Shown piece after piece: positions 43,145 through 57,546 of a DNA stretch of 64,000 nucleotides; the first letter of the stretch is position 1; each line of letters opens with the position of its first letter. Both the position numbers and the translations under genes were made by a program. The DNA is from the human T2T-CHM13v2.0 reference genome, Homo sapiens: contig CP068257.2 of assembly GCA_009914755.4 (NCBI GenBank), positions 22,048,001 through 22,112,000 on the forward strand, in the 5' to 3' direction. The notes beneath the pieces are model-generated. The model had not been told where the DNA came from. It was given only the letters and a program-made list of their open reading frames with translations, and did not search any database.

Positions 43145-43434
43145 CATATATAATAGTACAATTATATTTTATATATAATTGTACAATTATATATTATATA
43201 TAATTGTACAATTATATATAATTGTAAAATATAATTTTACAATTATATATAATTGTACAATTATATATATAATTTTACAATTATATATAATTTCACAATT
43301 ATATATATAATTTTACAATTATATATAATTTCACAATTATATATATAATTTTACAATTATATTTTATATATAATTTTACAATTATATTTTATATATAATT
43401 TTATAATTATGTTTTATATATAATTTTATGTCTT
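43145..43434. repeat. AT-rich minisatellite with palindromic core (tataAATTGTACAATTata, variants aattttacaatt / aatttcacaatt), about 10-12 units
   Basis: Read directly. The core AATTGTACAATT is its own reverse complement. The array is flanked by ctttaattatattt at 43131-43144 and 43435-43448. Confidence 0.85.
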
Positions 43435-43781
43435 CTTTAATTATATTTATGGGGATGCCCCATATTCAAAGCTGAAGGTTGAGGTTTATTTATCCTCAGG
43501 TGAGAGGCCAAAAGTCAGACTTAAAAATTATCTGTCATTCTTCAGTTTTGAATTTCAAAGAATACAACTGACCATGTTAGCAAGATTGCAGTAATAAAAA
43601 TCAAGACTAGTGGAAGAAGGGGTGTTACTTAAGGTGATAATGCAAGCTCAAGATCTAAGTAATGACGTCACTACATATCCAGACTAGAAAGAGAAAGAAG
43701 AACAATGATAGAAAGAAGGTGAAACAGCATGAGACCCCTCCACTCAGCACACCTGGAGTCGAGTTTCAAGAGGGGAGTCAT

Positions 43782-44102
<321 letters not shown>

Positions 44103-45078
44103 TCAGTTAGGTATGTGTGAAGGGTTGGGTACAAGATATTAGAGATGGAATAGCCGGAGTCATTCCTCATGGAGATTAAAAGAAAATGCTGCCAGACGCT
44201 TACATGCCAATAAGGCACAATATAATGGTAGAGCAGAAGTTGTTGGAGGCAGATAGATAGATGAACCTCAGAAGTACCCTGGATTCCTTAGGATTTTCAG
44301 AAAACCTAACGGAATCTGAATATCTAACTGAAGGGATGCAGGTTTCCAGGAAGTCTGGTAGATTCTCAAAGACTGGGGTCGTGACAAAGAGAACATCATC
44401 AGCAGGGTGTTTGCAACCAAGAATAAATAGCTGAGACCACAGGCTCCTGCCATGGGTGCAAGCATATCAGCTCCTAAGGCTATTTAGGACAAACCCTGGG
44501 TCAGCCCACATAGGAAAAGCATCAGATTAACCACCCCCCTGAGACCAATGAGAATGAGAGGTCCCTTTATGGACTAGAAGACCACTTTTTCCCAAATGCC
44601 AATCAGGACTCAAATTCTTTACACGCATAGCCACCGTTATGGGGAGGAGATGATAAAATGTGATGTGCATGGCATAAAGACAATTAGTTATTTGAAGATG
44701 GTATTAAAGCCAGCCCTGGTAGGGCACTAAGCAGACTGAGGAATTATACTTAAAAATGAATGAGGAATTCTTAAAATGCAGGCTTAAATCTGGCTATTAA
44801 CCACTGGAATGACAACTCTTAAGAAAGATCAAATTAGTCATAAAGAATAAAGAAGCTGCACTTTATTTTATTGATCTGAAGGTAGAAATGAATCTGTGAT
44901 ATCACTTTGCTTTTATTGAACACACAGTTTGAGCAGCTGGAGATACAATCAATGGGCAAGATATTTCTTGTGGATCGCAGATTGAAGTGGGAAATGTAGA
45001 CAAAACAAATACAATAAGGAAATAAGCCTGAGACTTCAGGGTATCTTATGTGAGCATATATGAGGCATCTAATCAAAT

Positions 45079-45376
45079 TTTATTATTTTATTTTTTGAGA
45101 CGGCCTCTCACTCTGGCCCCCAGGCTGGAGTGCAGTGGCACAATCTTGGCTCACTGCAGCCTACTCCTCCTGGGTTCAAGTGATTCTCCTGCCTCAGCCT
45201 CCTGAGTAGCTGGGGTGATAGGTGCCCATCATCACGCCCAGCTAATTTTTGCACTTTTAGTAGAGACAGGGTTTCACCATGTTTGCCAGGCTGGTACCGA
45301 ACTCCTGACCTCATGATCCGCCTTCCTTGGCCTCCCAAACTGCTAGGAATAGAGGCATGAGCCACTGCGCCCAGCC
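45079..45376 (-). mobile_element. Alu SINE, full length, 10-bp TSD
   Basis: T-rich tail, gagacggcctctcactctggcccccaggctggagtgcagtgg ... ggcatgagccactgcgcccagcc. Direct repeat ctaatcaaat at 45069-45078 and 45377-45386. Confidence 0.95.
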
Positions 45377-48300
45377 CTAATCAAATATTATGAGTAGGAG
45401 GTGGCCAGGAGATACTTTTAGAAAGTTATTTCTGAGAGGAGACATGCAGGAGACATGAGAGTAGACGTGGAGACCTGGCGCCATCAGACTGGTCTCAGAA
45501 CTGTGAGTACGTAGACTGCTCTGTCTCGTGTGTAGTCACTTCATTAACCCCATCTAGAAACTCACTAGAATGCATCAGTTCTTGAGCCAGCTCTCAAGAT
45601 TATCCAGTTTTCCTCATTTATCTAAACAGTGTCAACATGAAAGCAAATCAGACATATTGATTGAACTGTCTAATTTATTATTCTATCACAGAGAAAGATG
45701 TCAACCAGCTGGAGGTCTTGCCTGTGAGGACACAGCGTTCTCTCCTTGGACCTGCCCAGTTCAACATGTTCATCAATAATCACAATGAAGATACAAAGGG
45801 CGTGATACTCGACTCATGACAAGCACAAGGTGGAGGGATAGTGAATACAATAAAAGACAGACACAAGATCCAAGGACTTGTAACAACCTGGAGCCATTTC
45901 ACAGCCAGAAATAATTCCTCAACTTTGATTCTAAAACACACAACTATACAAGTCAAAATATCACAAGATAAATCTTAGCAGGATCATATGAAGGATAAGA
46001 ATAATAACAAAAATATGTTAAGGATGTATTCAATAGTATATGCAATGAAAGCCGACAGTGTGACTCCTGTCAGATTCATTTCATGTAAACTTGTGACTAT
46101 AAGTGTGATATCAGCAAGGAAGAAACCAAGCCCTTTTATCCATTCTGTTTCTTATGTTACATTTGGATGTTATGCACTTCTGGGCTCTAAAGTTACAGAA
46201 ATTGTAATATCTATTCTGTTAATAAATGTTTCATAGGTGCTTTCTATGTATAAGTAATTGTGTCATTAATTTGGGATAAACAGTTTCTTGGTCTTCAGGA
46301 GACGGAGTTAATAGTCTTTATCAGTATGTATCCAGGGGAAGTTAACTATACTGGACAGGTAGAGGAAGAAGAGTTCAGTACAGTTCAAATGCCTGTGAAA
46401 TACCCGAGTTAAGATGGGAGTTAGTGGCAATTTGGAAATAAGTTTGCAGGTGAAGTTAAATAACCAAAGATCACTATAGTGCTGAAGGGCTTAAACACTG
46501 AACTAGTATAATATTATTTTAAAAAATTATTCTGTTTATAGCTGTAATATTTTTCTTTCATTTATGTACAAAGTTATTTTAATAGAACCATGTTATTTGA
46601 CAATGGAAAATCGATTCATAATATCAGTAAACATACTTTTAAGATTTGCTCTCAGTTTCCCATCAGTTAGTGGGTTATGATTTTAATGCTGTGCAGTGGG
46701 GGAACAAAGCAAATCTATTAACGAAGACAATTTGTGAATTACAAGAAGTATAAAAACCTGACAAATTTCTCCGTTTCAGTCTACTTCCATCAATCACCAT
46801 TAAGTCAGGAAAATATACTCAAAGACTTTTACATCCTGGGTGAAATTTCCCCAGTACCACTTAGTAAAGCAAAACTTCACAATTTAAAAGATGCTATATT
46901 GTTTTCCTCTAATATAGGAGCTTCTTTTGAACATTTGTGATATTATTATTGTAACATTATTTTAACAAATACGCATTCAGCATTGTTAAATGCTAGTAAC
47001 TTTGTGAGTTACTGTGGATACAAAAAAAAATCAATCTGCCCTTGAAGAGATCACATCTTGGTGTCAAAAAAACCCTTATGATCTCAAATGATTGCAATAT
47101 AACATAATAAACTTTATCGATTTATTTACATTCCTAACACTGTATCTCAAATGTGGTAAGCAATAAATAATTGATTGTTTAATTGGACTGAATATAAAGT
47201 CCCTTTGATTGGAATTCAAAGTGTGTGCTATGGATCCTGGATTGAAAACCTGCTGTAGACATGCTCTTGGTGTCTTTCCAGAGGCTTTCTCTTCTCATAT
47301 TTATCTGTGAACCTCTCCCTTCTTTGTGACGCCTCCCCAAATCTTTTATGCAGAATGAGTAATTGATCATTTCTTGTATAGTTATGCGCTTTAGAATCGA
47401 TTGCTACTATCAACTAAACATGTTCTAGGCACTTCACATGTATGACACATTTAATCTCTACAGGAATGGATTGAAAATGGAGACTTTCTTCAGCTGATGG
47501 ACCATGGAGTCTATTGATGGAAGGAAGGCATTTAAAAAGATAAGTCAAATAAAAAATCTTTGAAGCAGAAGAAATATAGCATAGTGATCCCTGATTAACC
47601 TCCCTCAGATCTTTCCATGCCCTTCTTCAGGAGTCATGTGGCCAGAGAAACACAAGCTCAGAGGGACCTTAAAATTCGGGAGGGTGTTGTCTATTCCCCA
47701 TAGTCCTTTACTAAACCTGCAGGGAATTTCATCAACTATGTATTTATTATTTCAGCAAATATCTGTAAGTTTCTCTGATGTGCTAATACTTACCAAGGTA
47801 TGGATTCAACAAGGAAGAGTTAAATGGCGTTTGCCTTTAAATATTTCACAGACTGCTATTCAGGCAACTAAATAATTATTCTTTAAATTCCATACCACAG
47901 GGATGTTCAGGAGGATAGGAGATAAAACATTTTAGAAGGAAACCTAACTCATTCTGAAAGACAATTGAAGACTATTTCCTAGAGGATCTGACAAGATCTG
48001 AATATTGAAACATAGATGGTATCTACAAAGAACTAGCGAAGGAAGTCACTAAACAAACAAACACAAAAACAGAATTTGCAGTCACAGATGGATATGAGGT
48101 GGCTGAATACTCAGTCTCAGAGTAATGTCTCTGGATTAACACAATTCACCTCAAATCAAATCATGACTGAATGTAGACAATAAAATATGACTGATGGTAC
48201 ATGTGAAATGCAAATGGCAGAGTTGTAAGAACAGGAAGGATGCAGATATTGGAGACTAGGCAGAGACTGAAGTTGTCACTTCTACCATCATTGGTGGATT

Positions 48301-50692
48301 TTTTGCTTTTTTAAATATTTTTACATAATTTTAATACTCCAGAGCAGATTTTCAAAATGGTAGGGATTAGTGAAAGAAGGGTGATCTACATGCTTTATAT
48401 AAAACTGCTAAAAATTTCCATAATGCAAAATAATTGAACATAATGAAGGAATTTACTCCCCCATAAAAGAGCAGTATTGCACTTAACCAATTTCCCATTT
48501 TTCAACTACCAGGGTTGTTTCTGCCTTTTCCCATTTATTTATGTAAAAAGAAATGCAAAGTCTGCAGAAGAAGAGTAAGAAAACCTTGTTAAACTTTTTC
48601 AATAATCCCTGTTACAATGTTCAAAGCAATTACTTTTGCTGTCAACAGGAATAAAATGTACTACCATCAGAGAGTGCAAAGAGTCAAATGTATTACTAAA
48701 AATTACAACATAAGCTGCATGCAAATAACCCCACTAGCTCTAAGGGCTTGTCATCCCGTATTTGTAGAGCTGAGGCTTCAGTCATGTGTTATTAAGGCTT
48801 TTTTAAAAAAAAAAATTCCTAGACACTGCCCATCAATTTCAGTGAAAGCCAAAAATGTACAAATGCTTGCTCTCTTGAGGAGCACTATTATTAGTGTGCT
48901 TTTAAAAAATAAGTACTTCTTTATAAACAAACCATATAATATGAACATTATGCAATGAAAAGTAATGAAAGCTACATAAACAATATTTTTTCAGATAAAT
49001 ATTTGAACTTTGCTCACACAGGCAGACTTTTGCATAATGATAATTATCTATTGTACTCGAAGGACATATAAGCCTTTCCGTATACATTGTATACATTTCA
49101 CTTCTCTATGAGAGTATTATATAATGCTGAAAACATAGGCTTGCCTTCCTGACATTACCATTTTCTCAACTGTAACCACTTCATCCCCCAAACCCCAAAA
49201 TCTTACCAAAGTCAGAGCTCAGCCAGTCTTTAAGGTCAATACTGGTAAAAAAAAAAAAATAATAACACGTGCACATAGCATAAGAAGCAAAGTAATTATT
49301 CGATAGTTATTAAACAAAATACAGCAATCCTTTATTTTGTCTTTCTCCTCCTATCAGTTTCATCTATATTTATGTTTGCATTTTGTATTTCATATATCTT
49401 GCATTTGTCACATGATCAGGAAAACAAAATCCGTCTACAGCCCACATGTTCCACATGAATAGATTAATACAGGGAATTAGAGGCTTGCATAATCGTTAGC
49501 TTAGGGAATAATTCGGGAAGTGGCCCCAAATATCTTACCCTGCAACATAGAAGTGAGTGGTTTTTCAAGGGTTCTCCCTAAAGCCACTGGAATTCTCAAA
49601 CACCTCTGGAAAACTCCCATCAGACAGCCTCAGTCTACAGTACTAGGACAGAGGATTCTCTCATATTTCACTGGAAAGCTAGTAATCTTCAATTGTGTCC
49701 TGGTAATGAGGCCTGGTAAGGAGATTCTAGAAACTATAAATTTAGACCTTTCTGCAAAATGGATCTTAGAAATCATTTACAGGTACATATAAGTAAACTG
49801 CTTATGAATACATTTTTATTTTTTATAACTTTTTTCCAAAGTTAATAAGTGCTTCTTTTTTGCCCCAGAAGCTTAAGTTTCTATAGTGATCACATCTGGA
49901 GTTCTGAAACACTTTGCAATACTGTTTTGTACATATTCAATTGCATCAGATAACATCACTTCCACCCCTTATTCCTGGAAAGATATACCGGCGCCCTCTT
50001 TCTTCAAGCTGGAATAATGGCTCTCCCGGTCACTGTCAAGCTTTCCTGTTCTCTTCTCCCATCCTGGATTCCTGTTTCCTTTTAGGGCTTGACTTTTATC
50101 TTTCTTCTTTGCTCTCTCATTTTGACGAAGCAGATTCTCTAGTAGCTTCCTAAGCAAGCGTGCAGGAGAGGTTAGCTTTCTACTACTTCCCTATCTGAAA
50201 ATACTTTTAATCTCCATGATCTTTGATTAATATGTGGCTTCATATAGACTTCTAGGCTGGACATAATTTCCCTCAGCATTCAGAACACATTATTTAATTT
50301 CAGCGGTAAACATTCATCTTTAGAAGTCATAGAAATTTTTTTCTTGATTATTTTGTTTGATCTTTTAGTCATTATTGTTATTGTGTTTAATTTTTTTCCT
50401 CTATGTAAGAATTTGGGGTTTCCTCCCTATCGCTGGTGTTTTATAATTTCACAGAGGCACACGTTGTTGTCTGTGTATTTATCAATGTTTGGCAAAAAGT
50501 GGTGATGAGGGTAAACTGCTTTTCCTGACTACCTGCTCAACCATTGCAATCTGGAGACCGTGTCCTTTTTGTTCAAGGCAATGTTCTTGCTCAACTTGAT
50601 GATTTTCTCTACTTCAGGTTTATTTCCTTCTGGAACTCGCTATTTTCTAATGGTAATTTTGCGAATTAGTTACATTGTTTTAGCCTTTTCTT

Positions 50693-51015
50693 CCTTTTGT
50701 TTTCTTTTTCTTTTTTCTTTTTTTTTTTTTTTTGACAGAGTCTCCCTCTGTCGCCTAGGCTGGTGTGTGCAGTGGCGCGATCTCGACTCACTGCAAACTC
50801 CGCCTCCCGAGTTCAAGTTATTCTCCTGCCTCGGCCTCCCGAGTAGCTGAGATTTTAGGCACACACCACCACGTTCGACTAATTTTTGTATTTTTAGTAG
50901 AGATAGGGTTTTGCCATGTTGTCCAGGCTGGTCTCAAACTCCTGACTTCAAGTAATCCTCCCGCCTTGGCTTCCCAAAGTGCTGAAATTACAGGCGTGAG
51001 CTAGCGCTCCTGGCC
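50693..51015 (-). mobile_element. Alu SINE, full length, 11-bp TSD
   Basis: C/T-rich tail, gacagagtctccctctgtcgcctaggctggtgtgtgcagtggcgcgatctc ... gcgtgagctagcgctcctggcc. Direct repeat agccttttctt at 50682-50692 and 51016-51026. Confidence 0.95.
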
Positions 51016-51076
51016 AGCCTTTTCTTTTTTAAACCTGCCTTTTCACATTTTATAAATATATTTTACAAATATTTTA

Positions 51077-51369
<293 letters not shown>

Positions 51370-51500
51370 AATATTTTATTGTTAACTAAAATAAAATTAT
51401 TAACTATTATGATACGGGTATATATTATATTTATACATATTTTATATATTATGTTAAATATAAATATTTACATATTATAATATTTATATGTGTATGTTAT
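51370..51500. repeat. AT-rich low-complexity tract
   Basis: atattttattgttaactaaaataaaattattaactattatg...tatatttatacatattttatatattatgttaaatataaatatttacatattataatatttatatg. Confidence 0.6.
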
Positions 51501-51539
51501 AGTATATTTGTTCTTATTTCTGGTAGATTTTTATAGTGA

Positions 51540-52130
51540 CAGGAGACAGATGAATTCCTAGCAGACAGGGACAGGTCCTGGTGAAACTTAACCTTCAGGC
51601 CAAGGAGAGTCTGAAGCCTGAAAACCGAGCTGCCAGTTCCAGATAGAGTCCAGGACCAGAGTGAGAACTTCCATTGCCATCCTACCCTCTCTCTGACAAC
51701 TGGTTCCTTCTGAATGATGCCATTTAACCAATCGAATGGTGCCTTTCCCAAGCCCACCCATGGACCGATTTGCATGTATTCCGTTATTCTAAGCCCTTAA
51801 AAATCCTGGACTTAGCCTCGCAGACGGCAACCTGCTTTCAGGACCTCTCTTGCTGCTGAGACCTTTCTGCCACTCAATACAATTCTACTCTGTCTTACTC
51901 ACTCTCCTGTGTACACGTACCTTATTCCTCTTGGTTGCAGAACAAGAACCTGGAACGTGCTGAATTGAGGAAGCAAAAGAACTGTAATGCTCCTGCTCGC
52001 CAAGCTGCAGGCGGCTGGAGTAAAAGAGCTGTAATAACACTCCTTCCTGCTTGCCAGTCTAAAGGAGTGAAAAGGCCGCTGGGTGCTACTCCCTCCTGCT
52101 CGCCAAACTACTGGACTAAAAAAAGCTACA
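51540..52130. mobile_element. Possible solo LTR or LTR-leader fragment of an ERV (class I-like), unclassified
   Basis: LTR-like layout. It shows CCAAT (ccaatcgaatgg), a TATA-like site (ccttaaaaatcc) and ...cactcaatacaattctactctgtcttactcactctcctg. The gagctgtaataacactcc / ctcctgctcgccaa motifs resemble the R/U5 of MER4/LTR-type elements. Confidence 0.35.
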
Positions 52131-52607
52131 ACAATTTCAGCAATAATATCAATTAATTTATTATATTTTAGTGTTAAAAGTATTATATTCTATTATATAT
52201 TTTTTAGATTATGCTGTTTTGTTTTTCATGTGTGCAATAGCAATCTGCTTTTAGTGGAGAATATTAATTTCTTTTATTGATTTGAATCTTTTTCTGTTCC
52301 CTGCATTATCTCTACTGTCTCCAGTTTTGTCACTGTATTTGTGTGCTGTTTGTGTTTCTATTTTATGTGTTAATTGGTTATTTCATATCTGGAGAACCCA
52401 GGCTGTATATTCATGGAGAATGAACTGATTGGAAACTTTCTGGACATTGATAGAAAATGTCAGTAGTGTATTTAGATGAATGGGAATCAGAATCAAATGT
52501 GTTTCACTCATGAACTCCCAAATGCTGGTATCGTGTATATATTGTTACTAAGACCAGTTTTTGTACTAAAAAATCCTCTAATTTCCTTCTAGAAGTGATG
52601 TAAGTGG

Positions 52608-52981
<374 letters not shown>

Positions 52982-53693
52982 CTAAGGGCTTTCTCTCCAG
53001 TGGAAAGGCTTTTAGTTGAATGTTTTAGTTTTTCAGTTCTCAGTCACATCTTCTGTTTTTATGGTATCTGAGCTCACCACTGGAATCACTGCTTCAGTTT
53101 CCGCTGAACAGTGGCCTTTGGTCTGAAGGTAGAGGAAAGCATACAAGAAGGAACAGTGGTTTTGCTGCATGGGATGGAGGAGGTCTAACTGCTTTGAATA
53201 GACTTTTACTATCTTTCTCCTTTAAGCTCCACAATTCAGTGCTCTCATATCCAACTTCTGTGTATTGTATTATCCCAGTCTTGAGCCTGTGCATTCTCTT
53301 GCAGCAAATTAAATTGTTCCTCCTGTTTCCCTTGGAGCCCCACCTTTTCTGCCAGTCTGTGTGTTGCATAATCCCTCCTGTGCTGGTTACTAGTTACATA
53401 ACTCATGTGACTCAACTCGCAGCCAATTAGCATAAACCTAGGTCTTATGTTCAAATTGATAGTCAAATTCAAGGGACACATAAGCTTTATTTGGTATGAC
53501 ATTTGTTCAGCTTTAAGGAAAATATAATAGAAGCGATAGAACATAATGGAGACTTCATGACACCTAGGTGGAACTGCTAATTTCCAAAATTACTCTGAAC
53601 TTTGATGTACAGTCAGCCCTCTATACCATGGGTTCCACATTCGTGGATTCAACTAACTGAAGATCAAAGTATTTGGAAAAAAAACAAAAAGCA

Positions 53694-54010
<317 letters not shown>

Positions 54011-54357
54011 TTATGGTTGTGTCCAATCCCCCATGGATACTGACAGAAGATTTTGTGTGGTTACAAGAGTTGAGCGTGCTTGGAATAGACTAACTCAATT
54101 TAGGAAAACTATAAATTCTCGGGTCTCTTCAGCTTGTATTCCATATTTTCATGGTGTATCCATGTATCCCCTTCAGGCTTGTGTGAATTGTTATGATTTT
54201 CTGGTGCAACTACACTCATAAGTTATTCATCAATTACAGGTTACTCAGTTAAAAAAGTCAGCCAAATACAGATGCTTTGTTTCAAACATAACAACTGCAG
54301 CAGAACTCTCATTTATTTTGGTTTGCTACCCCTAAAATTCCTTAAATTAGAGTTTCT

Positions 54358-54654
<297 letters not shown>

Positions 54655-54808
54655 TAGAGTTTCTAACTTAGGCAACCAATCCTCCTCAGCCCTCTTTAAG
54701 GTAAGAAAAATAATATGGAGTGGCTAAAATGCTTTTATTGACATCCATCCATTTTCTTATCACAACAAAGTTTTTGACATATTTGCCTCCTTTTCTCTCT
54801 TGTCCTAG

Positions 54809-57030
54809 TGTATCAGTCTGTTCTCAAGCTGCTAAGAGATACCTGAGACCAAGTAATTTATAAAGGAAAGAGGTTTAATTGATACACAGTTCCACATGGC
54901 TGGGGAGACCTCACAATCATGACTGAAGGCAAATGAGGAGCAAAGTCATGTCTTACATGGTGGCAGACAAGACAATCTGTGCAGGAGAACTCCCATTTAC
55001 AAAACCATCAGATCTCATGAGACTTATTCATTACCATGAGAGCAGTATGGGAGAAGCCACCCCCATGATTCAATTATTTCCACCTGTCCCTGCCATTGAC
55101 ACATGGTGATTATTACAATTCAAGGTGAGATTTGAGTAGGAACACAGTCAAACCATTTTATTCTGCCCCTGGCCCCTCCCAAATCTCATGTCATCACCTG
55201 TCAAAACTAATCATGCCTTCCCAACAGTTCTCCAACGTCTTAACTCATTTCATCATTAACTCAAAAGTCCACAGTCCAAAGTCTTATCTGAGACAAGCCA
55301 AGTCCTTTCCACCTATGAACCTGTAAAATAAAAGACAAGTTAGTTACTTCCTGGATACAATGGTGATATAGGCATTTTACGTCCATTCCAAATGGAAGAC
55401 ATTTGCCAAAATGTGGGGGCTACAGGCCCCATACAAGTCTGAAATCCAGTGGGGCAGTTAAATCTTAAAGCTCCAAAATGATATCCTTTGACTCCATGTC
55501 TCACATCCAAGTCACACTGTTGCAAGTGGTGTGTTTCTACATCCTTGAGTAGCTCCATCACTGTGGCCTTTCAGGGTACAGCCCCCACTCCTGGATGCTT
55601 TCATTTCATGGCGTTGAGTGTCTGCAGCTTTTTCAGGCACATGGTGCAAGCTGTCAGTGGACCTAACATTCTGCATTTTGAAGGACTGTGACTCTCTTCT
55701 CATAGCTCCACTAGGCAGTGTCTCTGTGGGGACTATGTGTGGGCACTCTCACTCCACATCTCTGTTCCACATTGCCCTAGCAGGGGTTCCCCATGAAGGA
55801 TCTGCCCCTGCAGCACACCTCTGCCTGGACATCCAAGCAGTTGCATACAACCTATGAAATCTATACAGAGGTTCCCAAATCTCAATTCTTGACTTCTGTG
55901 CACCTGTAGGGTCAACACAATGTGGATGCCACCAAGGCTTAGGGCTTGCAGCCACCAAAGACATGGCCTGAGCTGTACCTTGGTCCCTTTAAGCCATGGC
56001 TGGACCAAGTCCCTAGGCTGCACACAGCACCAGGGCCCTGGGCCCAGCATAGAAAAGCATTTTTTCCTCCTAGGCCTCTGGGCCTGTGAAGGGAGGGGTT
56101 GCTGAAAAAGTTTCTGACATGCCCTGGAGACATTTTCCTCATTGCCTTGGTGGTTAACATTCTGCTCCTTGTTACTTAGGCAAATTTCTGCAGCCAGCTT
56201 GAATTTCTCCCCAGAAAAATGGGTTTTCATTTTCTATTGCATTGTCAGGATGCAAATTTTCCAAAGGTTGATGCTCTGCTACCTCTTGAACACTTTGCCA
56301 CTTAGCGATTTCTTTTGACACATGCCCTATATCATCTCTCTCAAGTTCAAGGTTCCACAAATCTCAAGGGCAGGGGCAATATGCCACCAGTATCTTTGCT
56401 AAAACATAGTAAGAGTAATGTTTGCTTTGGTTCCCAACAAGTTCCTCATCTTCATCTGACACCACCTCAGCCTGAATTTATTATCCAAATCACTATCAGC
56501 ATTTTGGTCAAAGGCATTCAACAAGTCTCTAAAAAGTTCTAAACTTCCCACATCATCTTGTTTTCTTCTGAGTCCTCCAAACTGTTCCAACCTCTGCCTG
56601 TTACTCAGTTCCAAAGTTGCTTCCACATTTTTGGGTATCTTTACAGCAGCACCTCACTCTGCCAGTACCAATTTACTGTATGAGTCTGTTTTCATGCTGG
56701 TAAGAAAGAGATACCCAAGACTGGGTAATTCATAAAGAAAAGAGATTTAATGGACTCACAGCTCCACATGGCAGGGGAGGCCTCACAATCATGGCTGAAG
56801 GTGAATGAAGAACAAAGTCATGTCTTACATGGCAGCACGTAGGAGAGCTTGTGCAGGGACCTCTCAACTATAAAACCATCATATTTCATGAGACTTCTTC
56901 ACTACCACAAGAACCATATGGGGGAAATTTCACCATGATTCAATTATCTCCACCTGGCCCCACCCTTGACATGTGGGAATTATTACAATTCAAGGTGAGA
57001 TGTGGGTGGGAATACAGCCAAACCTTATCA
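54809..57030 (-). mobile_element. Full-length THE1/MST-type MaLR element (LTR - internal - LTR), inverted relative to the 8472-10707 copy
   Basis: LTRs 54809-55160 and 56677-57030 are reverse complements of the THE1-type LTR (tgtat.agtctgtt...ctggg.aatt.ataaag.aaagag.tt.a...ccaaacc.t.tca). Internal part 55161-56676 is collinear in reverse complement with 8846-10382. Perfect 5-bp TSD cctag at 54804-54808 and 57031-57035. Confidence 0.8.
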
Positions 57031-57202
57031 CCTAGACTGTTTGATCTAAATTTATAGCTTTATTTTTTTCCCTTTCTTATTATTTGAACATATTTATTGA
57101 ACTTGTACATGTGTTTAATTTACTCAGAAATTCCTAAGATTCAACAACCTTTGATTAATTTCATAGGCAGAAAAATAACATTAAAGAAAGGAAGGCTGTT
57201 CT

Positions 57203-57546
<344 letters not shown>

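Noticed and set aside
43145-43434. Regularly spaced short repeats that could look like a CRISPR array
   Set aside because: This is a eukaryotic primate sequence. The units are AT-only, variable in length and mutually overlapping palindromes without unique spacers. It is an AT-rich minisatellite.
55733-56230. 165-aa minus-strand ORF
   Set aside because: It lies entirely inside the THE1 internal region (55161-56676). It has no homology signal beyond the transposon itself and is interrupted in the sister copy.
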